Translations under genes and position numbers: made by a program
Assembly: GCA_041695225.1 (NCBI GenBank)
Contig: JBGFRI010000011.1
Coordinates: 68,653-132,652, forward strand
DNA from: Deinococcota bacterium
GTDB lineage: Bacteria; Deinococcota; Deinococci; Deinococcales; Thermaceae
Length of the DNA: 64,000 bases
Reading direction: 5' to 3'
Notes under the pieces: model-generated
Databases searched by the model: none
Seen by the model: only the letters and a program-made list of their open reading frames with translations
Told to the model about the DNA's origin: nothing
Part shown: one piece after another, positions 27,640 to 37,307 of the stretch
Layout of the letters: every line of letters begins with the position of its first letter
How positions within the stretch are numbered: position 1 is the first letter of the stretch

Positions 27640-28956
27640 TTGACACTCCCCAGGGCTAAAGCCCGGGGATTCCTGGTTCAACCTTAACTGCCAGCTGAGG
27701 GGCTGGCCTTACGTCAAGTCCCCAGGCGTTTTCGCTGTTTTCAGCGAGGCTTCCGGCATGCCCTGCCGTAGCCAGACCTTTTTGCAGGATATTCCGGGCT
27801 GCATTGTGATCTCGGTCTTGCACATGCCCGCATCGGCAGACGTGAGTGCGGGTGCTAAGCGACTTTTGCACTTTTCGCTCACACGCGCTACAGGTCTGCG
27901 AGGTGTACTGTGGCGGTACAGCCACCGTCACCTTACCAAACACCCTCCCGTAGTATTCCAGCCAGCACCGGAACTGATACCAGCTGGCATCATTAATACT
28001 TTTGGCCAGGTTGCGATTTTTCACCATGTCCGACACCCGCAAATCCTCATACGCCACGAAGTCGTTAGACATCATTACGTCCCGTGCTTTTTCAGTAGCA
28101 TGGGCTTTACGCTGGCGGCTTACTTGCAGGTGCTTCCTGGCATAGCAGTTCCTGGCCTTCTTACGATTGCTGCTGCCTTTCTTCTTCCGGCTCACTCGAC
28201 GGTTGAGGAGTCTCAGGCGATTCTCGGCTTTGCGAAGAAAGCGGGGATTTTCTACTTTATGCCCTTCCGAATCGGTATAGAAAGACTCCAGACCAACATC
28301 GAGACCAACTGCTCTACCAGTTGGCTCCGCATTTTCTGAACGATTTATCTTAATCGCAAACTGTACATAGTATCCATCCGCCCTCCTTAGCAACCGTACT
28401 CGTTTAATGCGATCAACTCCGTAGAGCGCAAGATCGTAGCTTCCTTTAAGCTTGAGCGTACCAATTACAAAGCCGTCGGTGAAAACGATGCGCTTATTTG
28501 CTGCATCCAGCTCCCAGCCTGAGTGTTTGTACTCGACGCTGCGCACATTCTTTTTAAACCTTGGGTAGCCAGCTGGTTTGATGCCGTTCTTGAGATTGTC
28601 GTAGAAGCGGCTGATGGCTGCCCAGGCGCGATCACCCGCCGCCTGGATAGCGGTGCTGTTGAGCTTATTGCACCATTCAAACTTCCGCCGCAGCACGGTT
28701 GTATATCTACTGATCTCCTGCCTGCCAACCTTTCCCTCTCCTTTCTTCGCATCCTTCCAAAGCCGGAGGCATTTATTCCGCACAAACTGAGCTGTACGTA
28801 TTGCCTCGTCTATCTGGCGATACTGTTCGGGCCGGCCAACTGCTTTGTACTCCAGGACTAGCACCCTTCCAGTCTACCACATTATTACGCTCTGACCATA
28901 ACACACCCGGGCTTATATCCCCAGGGCTAAAGCCCGGGGCTTTACGCCCGGTCTTG
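27640..28956 (-). mobile_element. IS200/IS605 family, tnpB-only (IS1341-type) element, 1317 bp
   Basis: Identical subterminal hairpins CCCCGGGCTTTAGCCCTGGGG; left end has AAAG guide, right end has GAAT guide and ends in TCAA, as in IS608; no tnpA. Confidence 0.9.
27656..28864 (-). CDS. tnpB: TnpB RNA-guided endonuclease
   Basis: RuvC GLDVG, YEDL, DRDHNAARNI; zinc finger CSAC..CRC; leaderless TAGACT -10. Confidence 0.95.
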   Translation of the reverse strand: MLVLEYKAVGRPEQYRQIDEAIRTAQFVRNKCLRLWKDAKKGEGKVGRQEISRYTTVLRRKFEWCNKLNSTAIQAAGDRAWAAISRFYDNLKNGIKPAGYPRFKKNVRSVEYKHSGWELDAANKRIVFTDGFVIGTLKLKGSYDLALYGVDRIKRVRLLRRADGYYVQFAIKINRSENAEPTGRAVGLDVGLESFYTDSEGHKVENPRFLRKAENRLRLLNRRVSRKKKGSSNRKKARNCYARKHLQVSRQRKAHATEKARDVMMSNDFVAYEDLRVSDMVKNRNLAKSINDASWYQFRCWLEYYGRVFGKVTVAVPPQYTSQTCSACERKVQKSLSTRTHVCRCGHVQDRDHNAARNILQKGLATAGHAGSLAENSENAWGLDVRPAPQLAVKVEPGIPGL

Positions 28957-29386
28957 GTACCCACCGGCCCGGCCCGGTTTGGGGTGCTTGAGACTAACGG
29001 CGTACTGTTCTTTCTGTTTCGCTTTGATCCGGCCATCGGCTGGTCGGATAGCCCATACCACCGGGCGCTCGAGGAAAGAGTCCGCCCGGTCAACCTGCAA
29101 CTGCTCACCGAGCAGACCAGGGCCCTGCTCATGGTCTGCCTGGTTAATGCCGAGGACAGTATCGTGCGCGGGATCCGGGCGGTCACGCTTAATCCTGAGA
29201 CAACCCGGGCCCTCTGGCAGGCGGTACTGCTACAAGACAAACTGCCAGTGGATTACGATGCACGTATTCAGCAGGTTTACCGCCGTATGACCACAAGCCA
29301 GATGGCCAGGGAAGCAGTTATCAGTAAGGGGGGTGAATGAGACAACAACCGGACAGCCCGGTTGTTTCTTGTTATCCTGATAAGTA

Positions 29387-32300
29387 ATGCACGTCTTCAA
29401 TTTGCGCTCCCAGCTAATCCAGGATTACCGGCGGTTTGTTGAGAGCTTCATCCAGATCAGGGATGAGCGGATTTCCCGCTATGTGAAAGATAGGCTGGAC
29501 CAGGGCGTCTTCTGGCCCGAACCGCTCGTGCAGCTAAATCCGGGGTTTGCCCCGGGCGAGTCGCTGGAGGTCCTGGTGCAGGAAGGTGTGCTGCACCGGG
29601 AGATCCCCCGCATTTTCCGCCTCAAGGACAGGTCCGGCCAGCCCCTGATAAGGCTGCACTACCATCAAGAACAGGCTATCCGCACCGCAGTGCGGCGCGA
29701 AAACTACCTGGTAACCACCGGCACCGGCTCCGGCAAGAGCCTGGCCTACATCATTCCCATCGTGGACTGGGTACTGCGATATGGCAGCGGCAAAGGCATC
29801 CAGGCCATCGTGGTCTATCCGATGAATGCCCTGATCAACAGCCAGCTAGGAGAGCTGGACAAGTTCATTAACCACGGCTACCCCGATCACAGGGGCCCGG
29901 TGCGATTTGCAAGATACACCGGGCAGGAGACCCAGAAGGAGCGGGCGGAGCTCCAGGCCCGTCCCCCTGATATCCTCCTCACCAACTACGTGATGCTGGA
30001 CCTGATCCTGACCCGGCCCCGCGACAGCGGTCTGATTGAGGCTGCGAAAGGCTTGAAGTTTCTTGTACTCGACGAGCTTCACACCTACCGGGGACGGCAG
30101 GGCGCTGATGTGGCCTTGCTGGTGCGGCGGCTGCGGGAACGCCTGGAGGCTCATGAGGTGGTCTGTGTGGGGACATCGGCCACCCTGGCCGGCCAGGGAC
30201 GACAGGAGGAGCGGCAGCGCAGTGTAGCCCAGGTAGCCTCACGCATCTTCGGCCTGGAGGTGAAGCCCCAGAACGTTATCGGGGAACGGCTCCAGCGTAC
30301 CATCCGGCATTACGACTTCAGCGATCCGGGGACCAGAGAGCGTCTGCGTGAACGGGTGCAGAACGGCAGCACCCCGCAGGATTTCACCGGATTTATTGAA
30401 GACCTCCTGGCCAGCTGGATCGAGGAGACTCTGGGACTGTATGAAAGCGAAGGAGTCCTGGTTCGCCAGGCCCCCAGGCCGCTCACCGGAGCAGAAGGAG
30501 CGGCGGAACAGCTCGCCAGCCTGACCGGCCTGCCTCCAGAGGACTGCCAGCAGGCCCTGGAGGAGTGTCTGCTGACTGGCTATCAGCTGGTACGGCCCGG
30601 CAGCAGCCTGAAAGTCTTTCCCTTCCGGCTGCACCAGTTCATCAGCCAGGGTGACACCGTGTACGCCTCGCTGGACGAGGCTGAGACCCGGTTTCTGACC
30701 TTACGGGCCCAGCAGTTTGTGCCGGGCAGCCGTGAACAGTTGCTGCTACCCCTGGCCTTCTGCCGCGAGTGCGGGCAGGAGTTTTATACCGTCTGGCAGG
30801 AGAGCAGCCCCAAAGGCTCTCAGTACCTGGCCCGGCAGCTGAACGAACGCTACTCCAGTGATGGTGGAGAGGCCGGCTTCCTCTACCCCGGTGACTGGCC
30901 GGAGAGTCTAGAAGAGATCGAGGAGCGGGTGCCGGAGGACTGGCTGGATCCGGTAGAAGGCCGGCTCCGGCGGGATAAACATAAAAAGCTGCCTCAGCCG
31001 GTACAGGTTGACCTGCTGGGCAGGGTTGTATCCACAGGCGGGCGCAGGCTCCACTTCCTGGAGGCCCCTTTCGAGTTCTGCCCATGCTGTGGGGTAGCCT
31101 ATGGAGCCCAGCAGCGCTCAGATTTTGCCAAACTAAGCGGTCTTGGCTCCGAGGGCCGCAGTACCGCCACCACGGTACTCTCGCTCTCCAGCCTGCTCCA
31201 TCTGCGCGGGACAGAGCTGCCCCGGGAGGTTCAGAAACTGCTGTCTTTTACCGATAACCGCCAGGATGCCTCACTCCAGGCCGGCCACTTCAACGATTTT
31301 GTGCAGACCGGGCTGCTCAGATCGGCCCTCTACCGGGCGGTGGCGGATGCGGGCGAGGCTGGTCTGGGACACGACTGGCTGAGCCAGAGAGTCTTCGATG
31401 CCCTAAACCTCTCTCCGGGGGAGTATGCTAGCAATCCTGATGCCAGATACGGTGCTAAGGACAGCATCAGGCAGGCTCTTTACGATGTGTTGGGCTACCG
31501 GATCTACCGTGATCAGCTGCGGGGCTGGCGTATCACCGCGCCCAACCTGGAGCAGGTTGGTCTGCTACGGATCGGCTACCGGTCGCTGGATGAGCTGTGC
31601 CGCTGTGAGGAGGACTGGCAGAAGACCCACCCTTTACTGGCCGGCGCAAAGTCCGAGTTCCGGGAGAGGCTCTCCAGGGTGCTGCTGGATTATCTGCGGC
31701 GGGAACTGGCCATCAAGGTCCAGTACCTGAACAGAGACTTTCAGGACCGGATGCTCCAGGCCAGCAACTCGCACCTGATCGCTCCCTGGGCGCTGGATCA
31801 GTACGAAAAACTGGAGTATGCCCGGGTAGCCTACCCCCGGCCACGCCAGGCCGGAGATCCCTACGAGGCGGTCCATATCTCTCCCAGGGGAGGTTTCGGC
31901 CAGTACCTGCGGCGCAGCCAGGCCTCTTCAGGCCTGGATCGGGCGCTGGATACCCAGGAAATTGCGGTAATCATCCAGCAGCTGTTGCAGGTTCTCAGTT
32001 TGGCCGGACTGGTGGAGAAGGTTGATCCAGAAAGGCAGGGCTACCAGGTGGTGGCGGCTTTAATGAACTGGAAGGCCGGGGACGCCACCCAGCCGTCCAG
32101 CGATCCATTGCGGGTGCGCCTGCGGGAGGGGGCCGGGCGCAGGGTTAACTCCTTTTTTGCTGATTTTTACCGGTCTACCGCGCAGAACCTGGGCGGCATC
32201 GAGGCCCGGGAGCATACTGCCCAGGTGCCTTCGGACGAGCGGGAGGTTCGGGAGGAGCGGTTTCGCAGCGGCGAGCTGCCGGTACTGTACTGCTCTCCCA

Positions 32301-34510
32301 CCATGGAGCTGGGGGTGGATATTGCCAGCCTGAACCTGGTCAATATGCGCAATGTGCCGCCAACCCCGGCCAACTATGCCCAGCGCTCGGGCCGGGCCGG
32401 ACGCAGCGGCAGTCCAGCCCTGGTCTTCACCTATGCCGCCAGCAGAAGCTCCCATGATCAGTATTTCTTTCACCGGCCCCAGCTTATGGTAGCCGGGGCG
32501 GTAACACCTCCCAGACTGGATCTGGGCAATGAGGAGCTGGTACGCTCGCATCTGCAGGCTATCTGGCTGGCCTCTACCGGAACCGATCTCGGCCAGTCCC
32601 TGGCTGAGATTCTGGAGATCGAGGGGAATCAGCCCAGTTTGGCCATAAAGCCATCCGTGCGCGACAGCCTGACCTATCCGGCTGCAGCAAAGCAGGCCCT
32701 GGACCGGGCCCAGCGGGTGCTGGCCGATATGAAGCCTGAGCTGGAGCAGGCTAACTGGTATACGCCGGACTGGGCTAGCGGTGTCCTCGAGCAGGCTTTT
32801 GTCCGCTTCGAGGAAGCCTGCGAACGCTGGCGGGAGCTATACCGGACTGCTTTTGAACAGCAGCAGGTGCAGAACCGGGCTGTCCTGGACGGTAGTCGTA
32901 GCCTGGAGGAGCGACGCCAGGCCGAGCGGCTGCGCCATGAAGCAGAGAACCAGCTTAAGCTGCTGGTCGAGACCACTGACCGGGCCCAGTCGGACTTCTA
33001 CTCCTACCGCTACTTCGCCAGCGAAGGTTTTCTACCCGGCTACAGTTTTCCCCGGCTGCCGCTTTCCGCGTATATTCCGGCCCGGCGCCGGATAGGTGAT
33101 AAAGACGAGTTCCTCTCCCGTCCCCGCTTTTTAGCCATCACCGAGTTCGGTCCATTTGCCACCGTGTACTACGAGGGTGCGAAGTACATGATCAACCGGG
33201 TAAGCCTTCCGCCGGGCAGTGAGGAGGAGTTGCGCACCACCTCGGTAAAGCGCTGCCGGGTATGCGGCTTTCTTCACCGAACTGATGCAGCCGGCGGGCC
33301 TGATCTCTGCCAGCGCTGCCAGGCTGAGCTGCCAGCACCCCAGAGCAATCTGCTGCGGATGCACAATGTCTCCACCACCAGGCGCGAACGCATCAACTTC
33401 GATGAGGAAGAGCGCCAGCGGCTGGGTTACGAGGTGCTGACCAGCATCTCTTTTCCACCCCAGGCTGGCCAGACTGCCCGGGTCTTCTACCAGGAGCAGC
33501 CGCTGGCCGAGCTGAGCTTTGTCCAGGCTGCCGGGATCTGGCGGATGAACCTGGGCTGGCTTCAGCGCAAGAGCAGGAGTGAGGAGGGTTTTTTGCTGGA
33601 TGCCGAGCGCGGCTACTGGGTCAGACGCCAGAGCGACCCCGAGGAGGCCGATCCGCAGAATCCCCAGGCCCAGCGCACAGTCCGGGTCATCCCTTACGTG
33701 CAGGACCGCAAGAACGCCCTGCTGCTGCGACCTGAGCCGCTGCCGGAGCAGCTCCCGCTGAATGAGGTGCAGTTTGTCTCCTTGATGGCTGCTCTGAAAA
33801 GTGCGATCCAGATTAAGTACCAGCTGGAGGAGAACGAGCTGACGGCAGAAGTACTGCCGGATGGCGAGAGCCAGCGCGAGATTCTGCTCTACGAGGTCAG
33901 CGAAGGGGGTGCGGGAGTGCTCCACCAGCTCGTGAGCGATCCCCAGGCCCTGCCGGCGGTAGCCGGGGAGGCCCTCCGGCTCTGCCACTTCGACGCCCAA
34001 GGCCAGGATCAGGGCCGGGCCCCACACGCCAGCGAGGTGTGTGAGGCGGCCTGCTACGACTGCCTGATGAACTACCAGAACCAGCGTCTCCACCGCCTGT
34101 TAGACCGCAAGGCCATCCGGGACTACCTGCTGGCCCTGGCTGCAAGCACGGTAGCCTCCTCCCCGGTAGCAGCCAGCCGGGTCGAGCACCTCCAGGCCCT
34201 GCTCAGCGTGTGCGAGAGCGGGCTGGAGAGGAAGTTTCTGGAGTTTCTAGAAGCCCGCCGGCTAACCCTGCCCAGCCGGGCCCAGGTCTATATTCAGGAG
34301 GCCCAGGCCCGGGCGGACTTCCTTTACGACAGCGAACGGACCGTGGTCTATCTGGACGGTCCTTACCACGACTACCCGGACCGGCAGGCTAAAGACCAGC
34401 AGCAGGAGCGGCTGCTGCGCCTGAACGGCTACTCGGTGATACGGCTGGCCGGCCCGGAGGACTGGGAGGCCCGGGTGAAGGAGTATCCAGAGATTTTCGG
34501 GAGGCCTTGA
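29387..34510 (+). CDS. YprA/DrmAB-like DEAD/DEAH helicase with DUF1998 and C-terminal DUF559/Vsr-like nuclease
   Basis: TGTGSGKS, DELH, TSAT, QRSGRAGR, CEAACYDCL..Y.NQ, ESGLE...ADF...YLDG..H...D. Confidence 0.9.
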   Translation: MHVFNLRSQLIQDYRRFVESFIQIRDERISRYVKDRLDQGVFWPEPLVQLNPGFAPGESLEVLVQEGVLHREIPRIFRLKDRSGQPLIRLHYHQEQAIRTAVRRENYLVTTGTGSGKSLAYIIPIVDWVLRYGSGKGIQAIVVYPMNALINSQLGELDKFINHGYPDHRGPVRFARYTGQETQKERAELQARPPDILLTNYVMLDLILTRPRDSGLIEAAKGLKFLVLDELHTYRGRQGADVALLVRRLRERLEAHEVVCVGTSATLAGQGRQEERQRSVAQVASRIFGLEVKPQNVIGERLQRTIRHYDFSDPGTRERLRERVQNGSTPQDFTGFIEDLLASWIEETLGLYESEGVLVRQAPRPLTGAEGAAEQLASLTGLPPEDCQQALEECLLTGYQLVRPGSSLKVFPFRLHQFISQGDTVYASLDEAETRFLTLRAQQFVPGSREQLLLPLAFCRECGQEFYTVWQESSPKGSQYLARQLNERYSSDGGEAGFLYPGDWPESLEEIEERVPEDWLDPVEGRLRRDKHKKLPQPVQVDLLGRVVSTGGRRLHFLEAPFEFCPCCGVAYGAQQRSDFAKLSGLGSEGRSTATTVLSLSSLLHLRGTELPREVQKLLSFTDNRQDASLQAGHFNDFVQTGLLRSALYRAVADAGEAGLGHDWLSQRVFDALNLSPGEYASNPDARYGAKDSIRQALYDVLGYRIYRDQLRGWRITAPNLEQVGLLRIGYRSLDELCRCEEDWQKTHPLLAGAKSEFRERLSRVLLDYLRRELAIKVQYLNRDFQDRMLQASNSHLIAPWALDQYEKLEYARVAYPRPRQAGDPYEAVHISPRGGFGQYLRRSQASSGLDRALDTQEIAVIIQQLLQVLSLAGLVEKVDPERQGYQVVAALMNWKAGDATQPSSDPLRVRLREGAGRRVNSFFADFYRSTAQNLGGIEAREHTAQVPSDEREVREERFRSGELPVLYCSPTMELGVDIASLNLVNMRNVPPTPANYAQRSGRAGRSGSPALVFTYAASRSSHDQYFFHRPQLMVAGAVTPPRLDLGNEELVRSHLQAIWLASTGTDLGQSLAEILEIEGNQPSLAIKPSVRDSLTYPAAAKQALDRAQRVLADMKPELEQANWYTPDWASGVLEQAFVRFEEACERWRELYRTAFEQQQVQNRAVLDGSRSLEERRQAERLRHEAENQLKLLVETTDRAQSDFYSYRYFASEGFLPGYSFPRLPLSAYIPARRRIGDKDEFLSRPRFLAITEFGPFATVYYEGAKYMINRVSLPPGSEEELRTTSVKRCRVCGFLHRTDAAGGPDLCQRCQAELPAPQSNLLRMHNVSTTRRERINFDEEERQRLGYEVLTSISFPPQAGQTARVFYQEQPLAELSFVQAAGIWRMNLGWLQRKSRSEEGFLLDAERGYWVRRQSDPEEADPQNPQAQRTVRVIPYVQDRKNALLLRPEPLPEQLPLNEVQFVSLMAALKSAIQIKYQLEENELTAEVLPDGESQREILLYEVSEGGAGVLHQLVSDPQALPAVAGEALRLCHFDAQGQDQGRAPHASEVCEAACYDCLMNYQNQRLHRLLDRKAIRDYLLALAASTVASSPVAASRVEHLQALLSVCESGLERKFLEFLEARRLTLPSRAQVYIQEAQARADFLYDSERTVVYLDGPYHDYPDRQAKDQQQERLLRLNGYSVIRLAGPEDWEARVKEYPEIFGRP

Positions 34511-37305
34511 TGAACTACACCCCAGGCTCCCTGATCCGGGCGCGGGGCCGGGAATGGGTGGTGCTGCCCGGCTCAGAAGGCCCGCTGCTCCTGGCCCGGC
34601 CCATCGGGGGCACCGAGGAGGAGATCAGCGGGATCCATACCGGGTTAGAGGAGGTGGATCCTTCCAGCTTCGGCGCCCCCAGCTTAGAAGACCAGGGCGA
34701 TTACCGCTCGGGTCGTTTGCTGCGGGATGCGGTGCGCCTGACCTCGCGCAACGTGGCGGGCCCTTTCCGCTCCTTTGGGCGGATCGCGGTGGAGCCCCGG
34801 CCCTACCAGCTGGTCCCCCTTCTGCTGGCCCTGCAACAGGATCCGGTGCGGCTCCTGATCGCTGATGATGTGGGCATCGGCAAGACCGTGGAGGCCCTGC
34901 TGATCGCCCGGGAGCTGCTGGACCGGGGCGAGGTGCGTAGCCTGGCCGTGCTCTGCCCGCCGCACCTGGCCGAGCAGTGGCAGGAGGAGCTTTACCAGAA
35001 GTTCCACCTCGAGGCGGAACGCGTGGTCTCCTCTACCGCCGCCCGGCTGGAGCGCGGCCTGCGGATTGGCGAGACCATCTTCCAGCGCCATCCTCTCACG
35101 GTGGTCTCGCTGGACTTCATCAAGAGCGAACGCCGCCGGGAGGAGTTTTTACGCACTGCGCCCGACCTGGTTATCGTGGACGAGGCCCACACCTGCGCCT
35201 ATGGCGGGGTGGGCCGGGGCGGGCAGCACCAGCGCCATACCCTGGTGGCCCGGCTGGCGGAGGACCGCGAGCGGCACCTGGTCTTGGTGACCGCCACCCC
35301 CCACTCCGGCCACGAGGAGGCCTTCCGCTCCCTGCTGGCCCTGCTGAACCCGGCCTTCCGGGAGCTGCCCCCCGACCTCAGCCGGGAGGAGGCCGAGGGC
35401 TGGCGTCGCCGTCTGGCCCAGCACCTAGTCCAGCGCAAGCGGGCCGATATACGCCAGTTTCTGGACGAGCAGACCCCTTTTCCCGAGCGGCTGGAGGCCA
35501 CGCCGGAGCCCACCTATACCCTTTCGCCGGAGTACCAGCGGCTTTTAGACCGGGTGCTGACCTATGCCCGGGAGCTGGTGAGCGACCCCAGCGGCGACCA
35601 GCGGCACCAGCGGGTGCGCTGGTGGGCAGCCCTGGCCCTGCTGCGCTCGGTGGCCTCGAGTCCGGCTGCCGCTGCCATGGCGCTGCGCAACCGGGCAGCC
35701 GTAGCGGACGCCGCGACCGAGGCTTTAGTGGATGAGCTAGGCCAGCGGATGGTGCTGGATCAGGACGGGTATGACCAGGAGTTCGATCTGACCCCTGGAG
35801 GAGAAGTCAGCCAGGAGGAGTCCGAGCAGAGGCGGCTGCACGGGCTGGCCCGCGAGGCCCTGGCCCTGGCCGGCGAGAAAGACCGCAAGCTGCAAGGGGC
35901 GATCGAACTGGTGCGGGGCCTGCTGCAGGAGGGGCACCAGCCCATCGTTTTCTGCCGCTTCATCCAGACCGCTGAGTACCTGGCCGAACACCTGCGGCTG
36001 GCCCTGGGCGAGGGGGTGGCGGTGGAGGCCGTCACCGGCCACCTGAGTCCCCCGGAGCGCGAGCTGGCCGTGGAGCGGCTGGGCCGGGAGCCCGTCAGGG
36101 TGCTGGTGGCGACCGACTGCCTTTCGGAGGGGGTCAACCTGCAACACTATTTCAGCGCAGTGCTGCACTACGACCTCTCCTGGAATCCCACCCGCCACGA
36201 GCAGCGGGAGGGCCGGGTGGACCGGTACGGCCAGCCCTACCGGCAGGTCAAGACCGTGACCTATTTCGGGGCCAACAACCCGGTGGACGGAATTGTGCTG
36301 GAGGTGCTGCTGCGCAAACACCGGGCCATCCGCAACGACCTGGGCATCTCGGTGCCGGTGCCGGTGGACAATGATGCGGTGATCCAGGCGGTGATGCAGA
36401 GCATGCTGCTCAAGGGCACCCGCCGGACCGAGCAGCAGGGCCTGTTCGAGTCCTTTGATCAGAAGGGCCTGGAGGTGCAGTGGCGCAATGCCGCCGAGCG
36501 GGAAAAGCGTTCGCGCACCCTCTTCGCCCAGCAGACCATCCGTCCCGAGGAGGTGGCCCGTCAGCTCGCGCTGACCCGGGCAGCGGTGGGCTCGGGGGTG
36601 GAGGTGGAGCGGTTCTTGCTCGAGGCGGTCCAGGCGCATGGCGGCCAGGCCGAGCCGCTGGAGGAGGGCCTCTACCGCTTCAACCTTACCGGCCTGTCCC
36701 GTTCGCTGCGCGATCTGATCGGCCAGGACTCCTTCTCGGGCCGGTTCTCCCTGCCGGTGCAGCCGGGTGAGCTCTACCTGAGCCGCACCCACCCCTTAGT
36801 CGAGACGGTGGCCAGCTTCCTGCTGGAAAGCGCCCTGGATCCCCTGGCGGAGGGCCGGGCCCGGCGGGTCGGGGTGACCGCTACCAGCGCGGTAAGCCAG
36901 CTTACCACCCTGCTCCTGCTGCGGCTGCGCTACCATCTCACCACCACCTCCACCCGCCGCGACCGCCAGAGCTGGCAGCAGCTGGCCGAGGAGGTGCAGA
37001 CCGTAGCCTTTCGCGGCTTCCCCGACCAGCCGGACTGGCTGGACCCGGAAGAGCTGGAGGTTTTATGGCAGGCCCGTCCTACTGCCAACCTCTCCTTAGC
37101 CCAGGCCCGGGAGTTCGCCGGCCTGGTACTGCCAGAGCTGGGAAGGCTGGAAGGGTTCTTCCACCAACTGGCCCGCGAGCGAGCGGGGCGCTTTGAGGAG
37201 GCCCACCGAGAAGTCCGCCGGGCTGCCGATCTCAGGCTGCGCTACCAGGCCGAGCCGATCCTGCCGGTGGATCTGCTGGGCGTGTATCTCTATATTCCGA
37301 GGTAA
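34507..37305 (+). CDS. SNF2-family helicase (DrmD-like)
   Basis: LIADDVGIGKT, DEAH, TATPH, SEGVNLQ, EQREGRVDRYGQ. Confidence 0.9.
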   Translation: MMNYTPGSLIRARGREWVVLPGSEGPLLLARPIGGTEEEISGIHTGLEEVDPSSFGAPSLEDQGDYRSGRLLRDAVRLTSRNVAGPFRSFGRIAVEPRPYQLVPLLLALQQDPVRLLIADDVGIGKTVEALLIARELLDRGEVRSLAVLCPPHLAEQWQEELYQKFHLEAERVVSSTAARLERGLRIGETIFQRHPLTVVSLDFIKSERRREEFLRTAPDLVIVDEAHTCAYGGVGRGGQHQRHTLVARLAEDRERHLVLVTATPHSGHEEAFRSLLALLNPAFRELPPDLSREEAEGWRRRLAQHLVQRKRADIRQFLDEQTPFPERLEATPEPTYTLSPEYQRLLDRVLTYARELVSDPSGDQRHQRVRWWAALALLRSVASSPAAAAMALRNRAAVADAATEALVDELGQRMVLDQDGYDQEFDLTPGGEVSQEESEQRRLHGLAREALALAGEKDRKLQGAIELVRGLLQEGHQPIVFCRFIQTAEYLAEHLRLALGEGVAVEAVTGHLSPPERELAVERLGREPVRVLVATDCLSEGVNLQHYFSAVLHYDLSWNPTRHEQREGRVDRYGQPYRQVKTVTYFGANNPVDGIVLEVLLRKHRAIRNDLGISVPVPVDNDAVIQAVMQSMLLKGTRRTEQQGLFESFDQKGLEVQWRNAAEREKRSRTLFAQQTIRPEEVARQLALTRAAVGSGVEVERFLLEAVQAHGGQAEPLEEGLYRFNLTGLSRSLRDLIGQDSFSGRFSLPVQPGELYLSRTHPLVETVASFLLESALDPLAEGRARRVGVTATSAVSQLTTLLLLRLRYHLTTTSTRRDRQSWQQLAEEVQTVAFRGFPDQPDWLDPEELEVLWQARPTANLSLAQAREFAGLVLPELGRLEGFFHQLARERAGRFEEAHREVRRAADLRLRYQAEPILPVDLLGVYLYIPR

Positions 37306-37307
37306 CC

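Larger units (their letters stand above)
27505..29340 (+). pseudogene. 172-aa hypothetical gene interrupted by IS
   Basis: Joining 27505-27639 to 28957-29340 gives one in-frame ORF. Confidence 0.8.

Noticed and set aside
28885..28901. TTACGCTCTGACCATAA resembles the Deinococcus DdrO-binding RDRM upstream of tnpB
   Set aside because: Single copy; it also reads as LRSDHN, like the 5' remnant of a deleted divergent tnpA; no ddrO or irrE in the window
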